Position numbers and translations under genes: made by a program. Below are positions 39,619 to 48,853 of a stretch of 64,000 bases of DNA, piece after piece (position 1 is the stretch's first letter; every line of letters starts with the position of its first letter). The stretch is from Paenibacillaceae bacterium (GTDB taxonomy: Bacteria > Bacillota > Bacilli > Paenibacillales > UBA4045): NCBI GenBank assembly GCA_040904605.1, contig JBBDTA010000109.1, forward strand, positions 30,309 to 94,308, read 5' to 3'. Below the pieces are notes generated by a model, which was given only the letters and a program-made list of their open reading frames with translations, did no database searches and had not been told where the DNA came from.

Positions 39619-40287
39619 CTATTCAGCTGTTGGGAATATTCGTTTAACTAACGTATTAAACTCAATAATCATACCCCGGATGGGCTGTCCATTCTGGAAT
39701 CGTTCCCCGTATCCACGCATTCTGCCTACGAAATCAGGGTTAGCCGATACATATACGTTCTCGACATTGGGCTCGACCGATTTTACTTTCTGGGCAATAT
39801 TCGCCTTTAAATCATCTGTCAAGCCTTCATCGCCTTTGCCTGGACCCTGACGGCCCATGCGATCCGTTGTAGCATTATTACCCATCGCATTCGGAGTCCT
39901 CTTCGCGCCTAAATTAGCTGTATTGCCTTTTCCAACATTCCGTCCCAGATTTGCCGCTCCATACCCTGTACCATTATCCAATACAACCGCAACATAAGCA
40001 TTCTGATCAGTAAGTAATACAGTAGCTGTATCCACTTCATCCATAGCTGTTAATGAGTCTGCAATCTTGTCACTAATCTCCATCCGTGTATTATTGTGTG
40101 TATCCGTAAAGTTGTTGTTCCTTGAATTATCCCAGCCCTGGCTACTTACTCCTGCACCATTATTCGGTATGCCTTGCTGATTTATATCAGTATTCGTTCC
40201 TATTCCTTGCTGATTATCAGTAGCACAGCCTGTTAATGCAATAGCCAATCCAATAATTACAGGTAATCTCAATCCAATCTTGACCAT
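39619..40287 (-). CDS. YhcN/YlaJ-family sporulation lipoprotein
   Basis: Lipobox LTGCATDN, an N/G/Q-rich middle region, and the C-terminal signature NVYVSANPDFVGRMRGY. Confidence 0.8.
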   Translation of the reverse strand: MVKIGLRLPVIIGLAIALTGCATDNQQGIGTNTDINQQGIPNNGAGVSSQGWDNSRNNNFTDTHNNTRMEISDKIADSLTAMDEVDTATVLLTDQNAYVAVVLDNGTGYGAANLGRNVGKGNTANLGAKRTPNAMGNNATTDRMGRQGPGKGDEGLTDDLKANIAQKVKSVEPNVENVYVSANPDFVGRMRGYGERFQNGQPIRGMIIEFNTLVKRIFPTAE

Positions 40288-40370
40288 CTTTACTCACCAT
40301 CCTCCATCTCATAAGGTAGATTGTTATCCGTTATTAGGATTGATGGTTTATAGACAATTCATACCGCTTA

Positions 40371-41126
40371 TTATTTTCCAATAAATTGTTGAGTAAGCAT
40401 CTTACCGCAAGGTCCTCCGTTCACGATGCCAATACCAATATGTGTGAATTGGGTGCTTAGAATATTCTCTCGATGTCCTGTGGATTCCATTAACGCTTTA
40501 TGTGCCGCCTCTACGGTCTGATTACAAGCAATATTCTCACCTGCGGTTTGATAAACGATGCCGAATTGCTTCATCATCTCGAAGGGTGAGCCATAGGTTG
40601 GTGATTGATGCGAGAAGTATTGATTGTCCGCCATATCTTGACTTTTCACTTCGGCAACCTTAGATAGAGGTGCGTCTGCTGTAAGTGAGGCTAATTTCCT
40701 GCTCGTTCTCTCTTGATTGACCAGCTTTAACAACAGCAACTCATCTGAATTGAGAGTACTTGTCGCAGGGGGATTTGTAGGAGTGGGTATAGTCTGGGAA
40801 TTATCCTTCGGAATCTTAAGCTCAGCATATGCCCATAGAATGGATTCCAAGGTTCTGCTGTCTACGGCTCCGGTAACCGGCAAGCCGTATTGTCGTTGGA
40901 AAAGCTTAACTCCTTGCATAGACTGTACCCCGAATTTGCCATCAATGACACCTGCATAATACCCAAGTGACTTCATCATACCTTGTACAGCATATACATC
41001 TGGACCTTGAGCACCTCTGCCGAATGCATGAGACTGAACGGGTAAGAGACAACCGACAACTAGAGCCACCATAACACAGTAGATGACGAGACATTGGAGC
41101 ATTTGCTTGATTTTCTGGTTATACAT
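40371..41126 (-). CDS. Secreted protein with peptidoglycan-binding domain and CAP/SCP (YkwD-like) domain
   Basis: Signal peptide, PG_binding_1-like segment (GPDVYAVQGMMKSLGYYAGVIDGKFG ... GLPVTG) and a CAP-like C-terminus (YFSHQSPTYGSPFEM ... GENIA). Confidence 0.75.
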   Translation of the reverse strand: MYNQKIKQMLQCLVIYCVMVALVVGCLLPVQSHAFGRGAQGPDVYAVQGMMKSLGYYAGVIDGKFGVQSMQGVKLFQRQYGLPVTGAVDSRTLESILWAYAELKIPKDNSQTIPTPTNPPATSTLNSDELLLLKLVNQERTSRKLASLTADAPLSKVAEVKSQDMADNQYFSHQSPTYGSPFEMMKQFGIVYQTAGENIACNQTVEAAHKALMESTGHRENILSTQFTHIGIGIVNGGPCGKMLTQQFIGK

Positions 41127-41285
41127 AAAAAAACACCCCTCTATGAGTAGATGCTCTTAGTATGTCCTGCAATCATAGTCTTACTCGGAACAACCGAATA
41201 ATTAGTTGCGCTTTTCACAAGAGAATGTAATGCTGCTCAAACGCATATTTACGTTTTGTCCATTGCATCGAAGTACAGCCCCTTC

Positions 41286-42617
41286 TCACTCTTTTAATCT
41301 AACATTTAACCAATCAGTTCGATAGAAACGTATAGTTACAGATATAGCGAATAGAGTTAGAAACGTATACAAGGATAACCAAGCTCCAATACTTCCCAAG
41401 TCTAATATGAAGATAAGAACATAAGATAAGGGGACAAAGATTAACACACCAAAGAAGAATGAGCTTTTCATCAGAAAGGTCGTATCTCCAATACCTCTCA
41501 GTCCACCAGCATAAAAGTTGAGCAAGCCATCGAACAGCTGTAAGAATGCTGATATCATAATTAAACGAGTTACTAGATGAAAGATTTCGGGGTCTGGACT
41601 AAATAACCTTGCAATCGGTTCAGCGAAGAAAAATTCGATAATCCCTATGGTAATAAGCATGATACTTCCTAGTATCGCTGTTTCTGTTCCCATTCGTCGA
41701 CCTAAAAGTGGATTACCTTTACCAACTTGTTGCCCTACCAAGATCGTTGCAGTCGCACCGAAGGCAAAGGCTGGCATGAAGCCAAATGACATGACATTAA
41801 GCGCAATTTCATTGGCCGCTAGTGCATTCTGTCCTAATCGTGCGACAAACATGGTGAATATAAACATCGAGATGCTAAGAGCAAATTCCTGTATACCAAG
41901 CTTCCCGCTTTCTTGAAGGATTAGCTTAGATTCATCACGGTGGAGTGTCACTCGTATTCGCGTGTTAAACCTCTTATTCAATCGGACGAAGAATACATAG
42001 ACACATCCAAGGAACCCAATCCCTTCACCGAATAAGAACGCCCATCCTGCTCCATCGAGGCCTAGCTCAGGGAAACCATAGGCGCCATATGTTAATACAT
42101 AGGTTAGGAAGATCATGATAACACAGGAAATGAGAGTTAGGTAAGCAGGCGTCCTGGTATCCCCAATACCGCGGAAAAATCCATGGAATACAAAGCTAAA
42201 TATACCAAACGCCATCGCATAGAAGCGAAGTCGTACATAAATTTCTCCAGTCTCAGCTATATCACTCATATCTGTAATCACTCGCAGGAAAAAACCACTA
42301 CCCATTGTCCCTGCTATACAGACGATCAGGGCCACTCCCAAGCAGACATATAAGGCTAGGTAAGTTCTTTCCACAGCTCTACGATATTCGCCGGCTCCAT
42401 AGCTTTGTGCGACAAGATAATTCACCGTATGGCCAATACCGGAGAATAACGCCCAACCATTGTACATTATAATGTTCGACACCCCAACAATAGCGATAAG
42501 TGTCGCTCCTAATTGTCCTATCACAATGAGATTAATCGTCCCTGTCACGGTCATGGTTGCGAAGGAGAGGATGGAGGGGATAGCAAGAAGCAGTATAGCT
42601 TTCCAGTTTTTAAACAT
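41286..42617 (-). CDS. MATE-family efflux transporter
   Basis: 443 aa with about 12 predicted TM segments. The N-terminal pattern LAIPSILSFATMTVTGTINLIVIGQLG is typical of the MATE family. Confidence 0.7.
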   Translation of the reverse strand: MFKNWKAILLLAIPSILSFATMTVTGTINLIVIGQLGATLIAIVGVSNIIMYNGWALFSGIGHTVNYLVAQSYGAGEYRRAVERTYLALYVCLGVALIVCIAGTMGSGFFLRVITDMSDIAETGEIYVRLRFYAMAFGIFSFVFHGFFRGIGDTRTPAYLTLISCVIMIFLTYVLTYGAYGFPELGLDGAGWAFLFGEGIGFLGCVYVFFVRLNKRFNTRIRVTLHRDESKLILQESGKLGIQEFALSISMFIFTMFVARLGQNALAANEIALNVMSFGFMPAFAFGATATILVGQQVGKGNPLLGRRMGTETAILGSIMLITIGIIEFFFAEPIARLFSPDPEIFHLVTRLIMISAFLQLFDGLLNFYAGGLRGIGDTTFLMKSSFFFGVLIFVPLSYVLIFILDLGSIGAWLSLYTFLTLFAISVTIRFYRTDWLNVRLKE

Positions 42618-42673
42618 GATGTCTATAGCCTCTCCTAGTCTATAGTTTAATGTTACTCCTGACCATTATACCT

Positions 42674-42709
42674 AAAAAAGGATTATCCTGATATAAAGGA
42701 TAATCCTTT
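42674..42709 (-). terminator. Terminator downstream of prkA
   Basis: GGATTATCC-9 nt-GGATAATCC with flanking A and T runs. Confidence 0.8.
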
Positions 42710-42725
42710 ACTCTTGAAAGTCCAT

Positions 42726-44621
42726 CTAACGATTTAACAAGCTACCTACATAACGAAGCAGCTCGTTCGCGCACACCGGACAATAATGATGTTCATCGAT
42801 CAATCTCCGAGACACCTCATTGATTCGCTTTAGCTGTAATTCATCGGGTGTCTTCGTTGATGTTGTGATCTTGACGATATCCTTCATGTCAGCAAACAGC
42901 TTCTTCTCAATAGCTTCTCGCAAACGATCATGCGTATCAAAGCTGAACTTCTTGCCCTTACGTGAGAAGGAGGACATCCTGATCAGAATTTCCTCGCGGA
43001 ATGCTTTCTTCGCATTATCGGATATCCCAATCTGCTCCTCAATGGACCGCATAAGCCGCTCATCTGGCTCCATCTCCTCTCCAGTCAGAGGATCACGAAT
43101 TCTGGCCCAATTACAGAATGCCTCAATATTGTCCAGATAATTGTCGAAAAGTGTCCTCGCCGACTCTTCATAGGAATAGACGAATGCTTTCTGAACTTCT
43201 TTCTTCGCTAATTCATCATATTCCTTCCGGGCTAATGAGATAAAGTTCAGATAACGCTCCCGTTCTTCCTTCGTTATCGAGGAATGCTGATCAAGACCAT
43301 CCTTTAGCGCTCGTAGTACATCAAGTGCATTAATACATTGAAGGTCATGGCGAATTAAAGCGCTTGAAATTCTGTTAATTACATACCGTGGATCGACACC
43401 CGACATACCCTCCTCCAGATATTCCGTCTGTAGCTCCTTTAAATCAGCTTCCTTGAAGCCTTCAACCTCTTCTCCATCATACAATCGCATTTTCTTAATA
43501 AGGTCGACTCCCTGTTTCTTGGACTCCTTCAAACGTGTTAATACTGAGAACATCGCAGCGGTCTTCATGGCATGTGGCGCGCTATGAATATGGTGCATGT
43601 CGCTCTGACCTACCAATTTCCCGTAAATTTTCTCTTCTGCAGATACTCTTAGATTATAAGGTACAGGCATGACGACCATCCTAGACTGTAGAGCTTCATT
43701 TTTCTTATTACTTATAAAAGAACGATATTCAGCTTCATTCGTGTGTGCAATAATGACTTCATCCGCTGAAATCAAGGCGAATCGACCGGCTTTAAAGTTC
43801 CCTTCCTGGGTTAATGAGAGCAAATTCCAGAGGAATTTCTCATCACACTTGAGCAGCTCTTGGAACTCCATAATCCCTCGATTGGCTTTATTCAATTCTC
43901 CATCGAATCGATAAGCACGAGGATCTGACTCTGATCCATATTCGGTAATGGTTGAAAAATCAATGCTTCCCGTTAAATCAGCGATGTCTTGTGATTTGGG
44001 ATCGGATGGGCTGAAGGTGCCTATTCCAATGCGTTTCTCCTCCGACAAGAAAACCCGCTCTATAGGAATCTCCTCAATTCTCCCGCCAAACTCTGTTTCA
44101 AACCTCATTTGACAGGATGGACATAAGTAGCCTTCAATTTTCACTCCTAATTCTTTCTCAAATTCAAGTCTTAGTTCATTCGGTATAAGATGAAGCGGTT
44201 CTTCATGCATCGGGCAGCCCTTAATAGCATGAACCGCACCTTCAGATGAACGTGAAAACCGTTCCATTCCTTTCTTGATCAATGTAACAATTGTCGATTT
44301 ACCTCCGCTAACAGGTCCCATAAGTAATAGAATTCGTTTGCGAACATCCAGTCTGCGAGCTGCAGAATGAAAGTATTCCTCAACCAGCTTCTCCAGCGTT
44401 CGATCCATACCAAATAAATCGTTCTCAAAAAAACGGTAATGCTTAACGCCGTTCCGTTCTTCAACACCGGCAGCGCGAATCATTTCATATACCCTTGCAT
44501 GGGAAGTCATGGCTAGATGCGACTGCTCCCGCAATAGCTGAATATATTCCCGGAATGTGCCGGACCAGGCCAAGCTTTCCTCTCCTGTCCGATGTTCGGT
44601 AATCCGTCTGAATAAATCCAT
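42726..44621 (-). CDS. prkA: PrkA serine protein kinase (AAA-type)
   Basis: 631 aa, which I recall as the same length as B. subtilis PrkA. Walker A LLLMGPVSGGKST. Confidence 0.93.
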   Translation of the reverse strand: MDLFRRITEHRTGEESLAWSGTFREYIQLLREQSHLAMTSHARVYEMIRAAGVEERNGVKHYRFFENDLFGMDRTLEKLVEEYFHSAARRLDVRKRILLLMGPVSGGKSTIVTLIKKGMERFSRSSEGAVHAIKGCPMHEEPLHLIPNELRLEFEKELGVKIEGYLCPSCQMRFETEFGGRIEEIPIERVFLSEEKRIGIGTFSPSDPKSQDIADLTGSIDFSTITEYGSESDPRAYRFDGELNKANRGIMEFQELLKCDEKFLWNLLSLTQEGNFKAGRFALISADEVIIAHTNEAEYRSFISNKKNEALQSRMVVMPVPYNLRVSAEEKIYGKLVGQSDMHHIHSAPHAMKTAAMFSVLTRLKESKKQGVDLIKKMRLYDGEEVEGFKEADLKELQTEYLEEGMSGVDPRYVINRISSALIRHDLQCINALDVLRALKDGLDQHSSITKEERERYLNFISLARKEYDELAKKEVQKAFVYSYEESARTLFDNYLDNIEAFCNWARIRDPLTGEEMEPDERLMRSIEEQIGISDNAKKAFREEILIRMSSFSRKGKKFSFDTHDRLREAIEKKLFADMKDIVKITTSTKTPDELQLKRINEVSRRLIDEHHYCPVCANELLRYVGSLLNR

Positions 44622-44747
44622 AACGTTCTTCTCACCTGCTTTCCTAGCATATAGACAAGAGTAAAATTGTATATAAAAAATAACTCAAATATATTAATAC
44701 CTATGCGCAAGTGAGGGATAAGTTTCCGATAAATCATCGTATCCTTG

Positions 44748-44783
44748 TGATATAATATTTCGTAATTCAAAACTTTAAGGAGG
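44748..44783 (+). repeat. Leader-motif copy I (core-less version) with extended -10, upstream of the 235-aa ORF
   Basis: Plus strand reads TGATATAAT-ATTTCGTAATTCAAAACTTTAAGGAGG. The 3' part matches TCAAAAACTTTAGGAGG of copies A and B at 15 of 17 positions. Confidence 0.55.
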
Positions 44784-44789
44784 TTCCCC

Positions 44790-45497
44790 TTGGCCATCAT
44801 GAATGAAACAGAGCTTTATTCGCCGGTGAAGGCCTACTTTGAGAGTCAAGGCTATGAAGTAAAGAGCGAAATCATAAACTGTGATTTAGTTGCTATGATT
44901 CCTGGAGAAGCAACCTATACCATAGTCGAATTAAAGAAGACCTTTAATCTCCAGCTAATATTCCAAGCCATAGAGCGTTTGAAGCTGTCCGAAGCCGTAT
45001 ACGTCGCTATAGAATACCATCCTCAAAAAAAGCTTGGTTCTTACTTCTCATGGAAGGATGCAGCGAATTTATGCCAAAAATTAAATATCGGTCTCATTGG
45101 TGTTCAGTTCTATAAAACCAAAAAGCCTGCAGTCGACATTCTCTGTCGCCCAGACCTAGGTGTTCCCCGAACAAAATCAACAAAAAGGAGTCAGAAAGTT
45201 CGTATAGAATTTGAACAGCGAAGTGGTGATTACAATGTCGGGGGGAGTTCACGGAGGAAGCTTATAACAGCCTATAGAGAGAAAGCGTTACGTTGTGTGG
45301 TTCTACTGTCTCAACAGGAGAGTATGACCGTTAGTGAGCTTAGAGAGCATATGAAGGATCCTACAATAGCTCTAATGCTTCAGCACAATCATTATGGATG
45401 GTTCGAACGAATTGTCAAAGGCAGGTATACATTGTCAGTAATGGGCCAACAAGCCCTAACCGAATACGCTCATATTGTGCAGACGCGCCTTGATTAA
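44790..45497 (+). CDS. Hypothetical protein with PD-(D/E)xK-like N-terminal region and helical C-terminal region
   Basis: 235 aa. The N-terminus CDLVAMIPGEATYTIVELKK fits the D...ExK spacing of restriction-endonuclease-like folds. TTG start 6 nt after AAGGAGG. Confidence 0.6.
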   Translation: MAIMNETELYSPVKAYFESQGYEVKSEIINCDLVAMIPGEATYTIVELKKTFNLQLIFQAIERLKLSEAVYVAIEYHPQKKLGSYFSWKDAANLCQKLNIGLIGVQFYKTKKPAVDILCRPDLGVPRTKSTKRSQKVRIEFEQRSGDYNVGGSSRRKLITAYREKALRCVVLLSQQESMTVSELREHMKDPTIALMLQHNHYGWFERIVKGRYTLSVMGQQALTEYAHIVQTRLD

Positions 45498-46432
45498 GAG
45501 TTGGCTCCAATAGTGCTCATCCCCTTGCGACCCATATGAACAAGTGCTTTATGCATCCATACAGCAGACAAAGTTCCTTCTGCCATTGCTACTGACAGCA
45601 TTTCCGAATGAATACCAATATCCCCTGCTGCCCATAGATTAGGAACTGAGGTCATCTTCGTTCGCGGGTCTGTAACAATGTGTCCATTCTCGAGACGCTC
45701 AGCTCCCAACTGATGGGCTAGCTCAGAACGAACCTCATTCCCGCCGAATGCGATGAACGCTCGTTCTCCTTGGATGTGCTCCCCTGATGTCAGTTCTACT
45801 CCGGCAAATTGTCCGATACCCACTGTAACAACTTTTCTGATTTCTTCATTGATTGTGGATATACCTTGCTCAGTTAATTGCGACTTTACGTTATCACTAA
45901 TCGGCTTCAGTTCATGATTAACGAATGTAATCCTATTCGTCCAATATGCTAAGGCTAATGCCATGTGTGCCCCTACATCACCGGAACCCATTACAATTGT
46001 ATTGCGATCCCGGACCTCAAAGCCATCGCAATCAGGGCATACATATACGCTGAGTCCGAAGCATTCGACCAAGCCTGGCAATGGAGTGAAGCGATCCATC
46101 ACACCTGTAGCTAACAATACAAGTGAACCCTGTAATGGTTGTTGTCGGTGCCTTAATGTAGCGAGAAATATTCCCTCCCGATGCTCCACACTCATTACTT
46201 CATCCTCAATGAATATAACTCCCAATCCCTCAGCCTGAAGCCTGCCTATGGTTCGAAGAGTTAATCCAGAAACCCCATCCGGCCATCCGAGTAAATTCCG
46301 ATAGCTCCGACATAGGACGGATCGCCCATAGCCATTGTCCACTATTGTAACAGCATGCATATATCGACCTAACTGTATAGCTGCTTGCAATCCGGCTATA
46401 CCTCCACCAATTATAATTGCATCCATCTTCAT
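45494..46432 (-). CDS. Thioredoxin-reductase-like FAD-dependent pyridine nucleotide-disulfide oxidoreductase
   Basis: FAD fold DAIIIGGGIAGLQAA and redox pair CPDCDG. I prefer the start MKMDAII at 46432 (AGGAGG, 8-nt spacer) over the ORF-track start at 46507. Confidence 0.8.
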   Translation of the reverse strand: MKMDAIIIGGGIAGLQAAIQLGRYMHAVTIVDNGYGRSVLCRSYRNLLGWPDGVSGLTLRTIGRLQAEGLGVIFIEDEVMSVEHREGIFLATLRHRQQPLQGSLVLLATGVMDRFTPLPGLVECFGLSVYVCPDCDGFEVRDRNTIVMGSGDVGAHMALALAYWTNRITFVNHELKPISDNVKSQLTEQGISTINEEIRKVVTVGIGQFAGVELTSGEHIQGERAFIAFGGNEVRSELAHQLGAERLENGHIVTDPRTKMTSVPNLWAAGDIGIHSEMLSVAMAEGTLSAVWMHKALVHMGRKGMSTIGANS

Positions 46433-46489
46433 AGGTGCTGCCTCCTGAAGGTTTTTACTTAGCATACCCTCAGAATTCGGTTGCAAACA

Positions 46490-46518
46490 TTGTGTTAAAC
46501 CGTTCATTTCGTTATAAT
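46490..46518 (+). promoter_or_regulatory. Candidate promoter of the 32-codon minigene
   Basis: TTGTGT-17 nt-TATAAT. Confidence 0.5.
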
Positions 46519-46540
46519 AAAGAAAATGGAGGTGCAGGTA

Positions 46541-46639
46541 ATGCCGGCTACATTTTTTCTGATAGTTACTGTCACTGTATTGATGCTCGGATTTATTTTT
46601 ACTGCTGCCTATAATGAAGACAAGACAAGTGGTCTCTAA
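46541..46639 (+). CDS. Small hydrophobic membrane peptide (32 aa), not in the ORF track
   Basis: The ATG is preceded by GGAGGTG with a 6-nt spacer. Translation is MPATFFLIVTVTVLMLGFIFTAAYNEDKTSGL, followed by TAA and a strong bidirectional terminator. Confidence 0.6.
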   Translation: MPATFFLIVTVTVLMLGFIFTAAYNEDKTSGL

Positions 46640-46661
46640 AAATTGTCCGTTATGATCATTA

Positions 46662-46701
46662 CAAAAAAAACCTTACCTCGTCAATCGAGGTAAGGTTTTT
46701 T
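46662..46701. terminator. Bidirectional rho-independent terminator
   Basis: AACCTTACCTCG-TCAAT-CGAGGTAAGGTT, a 12-bp stem, flanked by A9 on one side and T6 on the other. Confidence 0.88.
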
Positions 46702-46724
46702 AGTTCAAATCTATACTGCCACAC

Positions 46725-46985
46725 TTACACCTGAGTTGCTTGTTTCATATCGATTAAACAATCATTACATATGTAGCGGGTATTGTATTCTATTACGTTA
46801 CCTTGATTGGAACAAAAAATACATTTGGGCTTATAGCGCTCAAGAATAATATGATCTCCTTGCACTAATATTTCGACCGGATCGCCTTCGTTCATTAAAT
46901 ATCTTTTACGAAGGGATTTAGGTAACACAATGCGTCCTAGTTGATCAACCTTTCTTACAATTCCTACTGGTTTCATCCGATTCAC
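46725..46985 (-). CDS. AbrB/SpoVT-family DNA-binding protein with C-terminal CxxC...CxxC zinc-ribbon-like tail
   Basis: The N-terminus GIVRKVDQLGRIVLPKSLRKRY matches the AbrB swapped-hairpin domain. The C-terminus is KPKCIFCSNQGNVIEYNTRYICNDC. Confidence 0.8.
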   Translation of the reverse strand: MNRMKPVGIVRKVDQLGRIVLPKSLRKRYLMNEGDPVEILVQGDHIILERYKPKCIFCSNQGNVIEYNTRYICNDCLIDMKQATQV

Positions 46986-47105
46986 CTCATTCTACCTGTC
47001 TTTGGTGTAATATGTTGTCAATTTTATATTTCGCTATCCTCAACTTAAATCCTTCTATTCTATTTTATTTTTTATTTTTAATTCTCTTATGCGCCATTGT
47101 TCGTA

Positions 47106-47570
47106 TTAGTAGAGCCCCGAGAATCCCGTTTGCCTTAATGCTTCGAATAGAACAATAGCAGCACAATTAGAAAGGTTCATGGAGCGTACCTTGTCAGTCA
47201 TGGGTAATCGGATGAGATGCTCTTGATGATTGTCCAGTATAGAGGCAGGGAGTCCTGCTGTCTCTTTACCGAATACTAAGAAATCGTTATCCGTGAAATT
47301 AACCTCATGATAGGACATACCTGCCTTTGTTGTAGCGTACCAGAAGCGTTGCTCTTTGTACTTATCCATTAGTTGTTCGAAGGAATCATGATATTCGATG
47401 ATGACTGAATGCCAGTAATCAAGCCCAGCCCTTTTTAATGCTTTGTCATCGGTTGAGAACCCGAGTGGATGTACGAGATGTAACACAGCCCCAGTAGCCG
47501 CACAGGTACGTGCGATATTACCCGTATTCGCAGGGATCTCGGGTTCTACAAGAACGATATGAAAAGCCAT
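47106..47570 (-). CDS. trmL: tRNA (cytidine/uridine-2'-O)-methyltransferase TrmL (SpoU family)
   Basis: 154 aa SPOUT-type protein with EPEIPANTGNIARTC and LNLSNCAAIVLFEALRQ. Confidence 0.85.
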   Translation of the reverse strand: MAFHIVLVEPEIPANTGNIARTCAATGAVLHLVHPLGFSTDDKALKRAGLDYWHSVIIEYHDSFEQLMDKYKEQRFWYATTKAGMSYHEVNFTDNDFLVFGKETAGLPASILDNHQEHLIRLPMTDKVRSMNLSNCAAIVLFEALRQTGFSGLY

Positions 47571-47597
47571 TGATTCTCCTCCTGATCCTATTCCTTG

Positions 47598-48692
47598 CTA
47601 ACCGTTTCTCCGCTGAAAGTCCACCATGAATTGCTGCAAAGCACTACAGCTCTCGTAAGGAACGGCGTTGTAGGTCGAGGCTCTTAATCCCCCAACACTA
47701 CGATGTCCCTTCAGACCAACAAAGCCAAGGCTTTCAGATTCCTTAATAAACTGCTTTTCTAAATTTTCATTGTCCATACGGAAGGTTATATTCATCAGCG
47801 AACGATAATCACGAGCAGCAACACCTTGATAAAAACCACCACTTTGATCAATGGTATTATATATGAGGCTTGTCTTGTCCTTATTATTCTGCTCTATAAC
47901 TTGAAGTCCACCTTTTTCTTTAATCCATTCTAAAACTAACTTCACCATATATACAGAATAAGCCGGGGGCGTATTGTACAGAGAATTATTCTCCACATGG
48001 GTTCCGTAACGAAGCATAGTCGGAAGGCTCTTCAGGGAATCTTGAAGTAAGTCCTCACGAGCAATAACGACGGTCACACCAGATGGTCCAAGGTTTTTCT
48101 GTGCTCCTGCATAAATCAATGCGAATCTAGAAACATCGAACGGACGCGATGCAATATCACTAGACATATCCGCAATCAATGAAACACTACCCGTTTGTGG
48201 GTAATCACGATATTGAACTCCACCAATGGTCTCATTCGAGGTAATATGAAGATAAGCGGCGTTCTCTGGGATATGAATCTCATTTAATGATGGAACACTC
48301 GTGAATTGGTCTGCTTCACTGCTGGCAGCTATTACAGCATTGCCGAACAATTTAGCTTCCTTATATGCTTTCTCTGCCCAACTGCCGGTATGAACGAAAG
48401 CAGCCGTCTTGCCAGCAAGCAGCAAATTCATAGGTACCATAGCAAATTGTGTGCTCGCTCCTCCTTGCAGGAACAACACCTTATAGCCTGTTGGAATATT
48501 CAATAATTCCTTAAGTAAGCTCTGAGCTTCATCGTTGATTGCTTCGAATTCTTTGCTTCGATGAGAAATTTCCATTACTGACATACCAATACCGCGGTAA
48601 TCGACCAATTCTTCTTGCGCTCTCTGAAGTACTTCCAGAGGTAATGCTGCAGGTCCAGCATTAAAATTGTATGCTCTAGCCATAGTTAACAC
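47598..48692 (-). CDS. serC: Phosphoserine aminotransferase
   Basis: NFNAGPAALP N-terminal signature; 364 aa. Confidence 0.93.
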   Translation of the reverse strand: MLTMARAYNFNAGPAALPLEVLQRAQEELVDYRGIGMSVMEISHRSKEFEAINDEAQSLLKELLNIPTGYKVLFLQGGASTQFAMVPMNLLLAGKTAAFVHTGSWAEKAYKEAKLFGNAVIAASSEADQFTSVPSLNEIHIPENAAYLHITSNETIGGVQYRDYPQTGSVSLIADMSSDIASRPFDVSRFALIYAGAQKNLGPSGVTVVIAREDLLQDSLKSLPTMLRYGTHVENNSLYNTPPAYSVYMVKLVLEWIKEKGGLQVIEQNNKDKTSLIYNTIDQSGGFYQGVAARDYRSLMNITFRMDNENLEKQFIKESESLGFVGLKGHRSVGGLRASTYNAVPYESCSALQQFMVDFQRRNG

Positions 48693-48853
48693 CCTTCTCT
48701 TCTTTATGATATGGTAATGATAGCAACATTCCGTTGTTCGTTCAAGTGCAATTGCTTAAAAGCAAACACATCATACTGATTCCACACAATAAGAGATCCC
48801 CTTTTTACCAAGGAGATCTCTTATTAGTATATTGCTATTCATTGTTTCCAATA

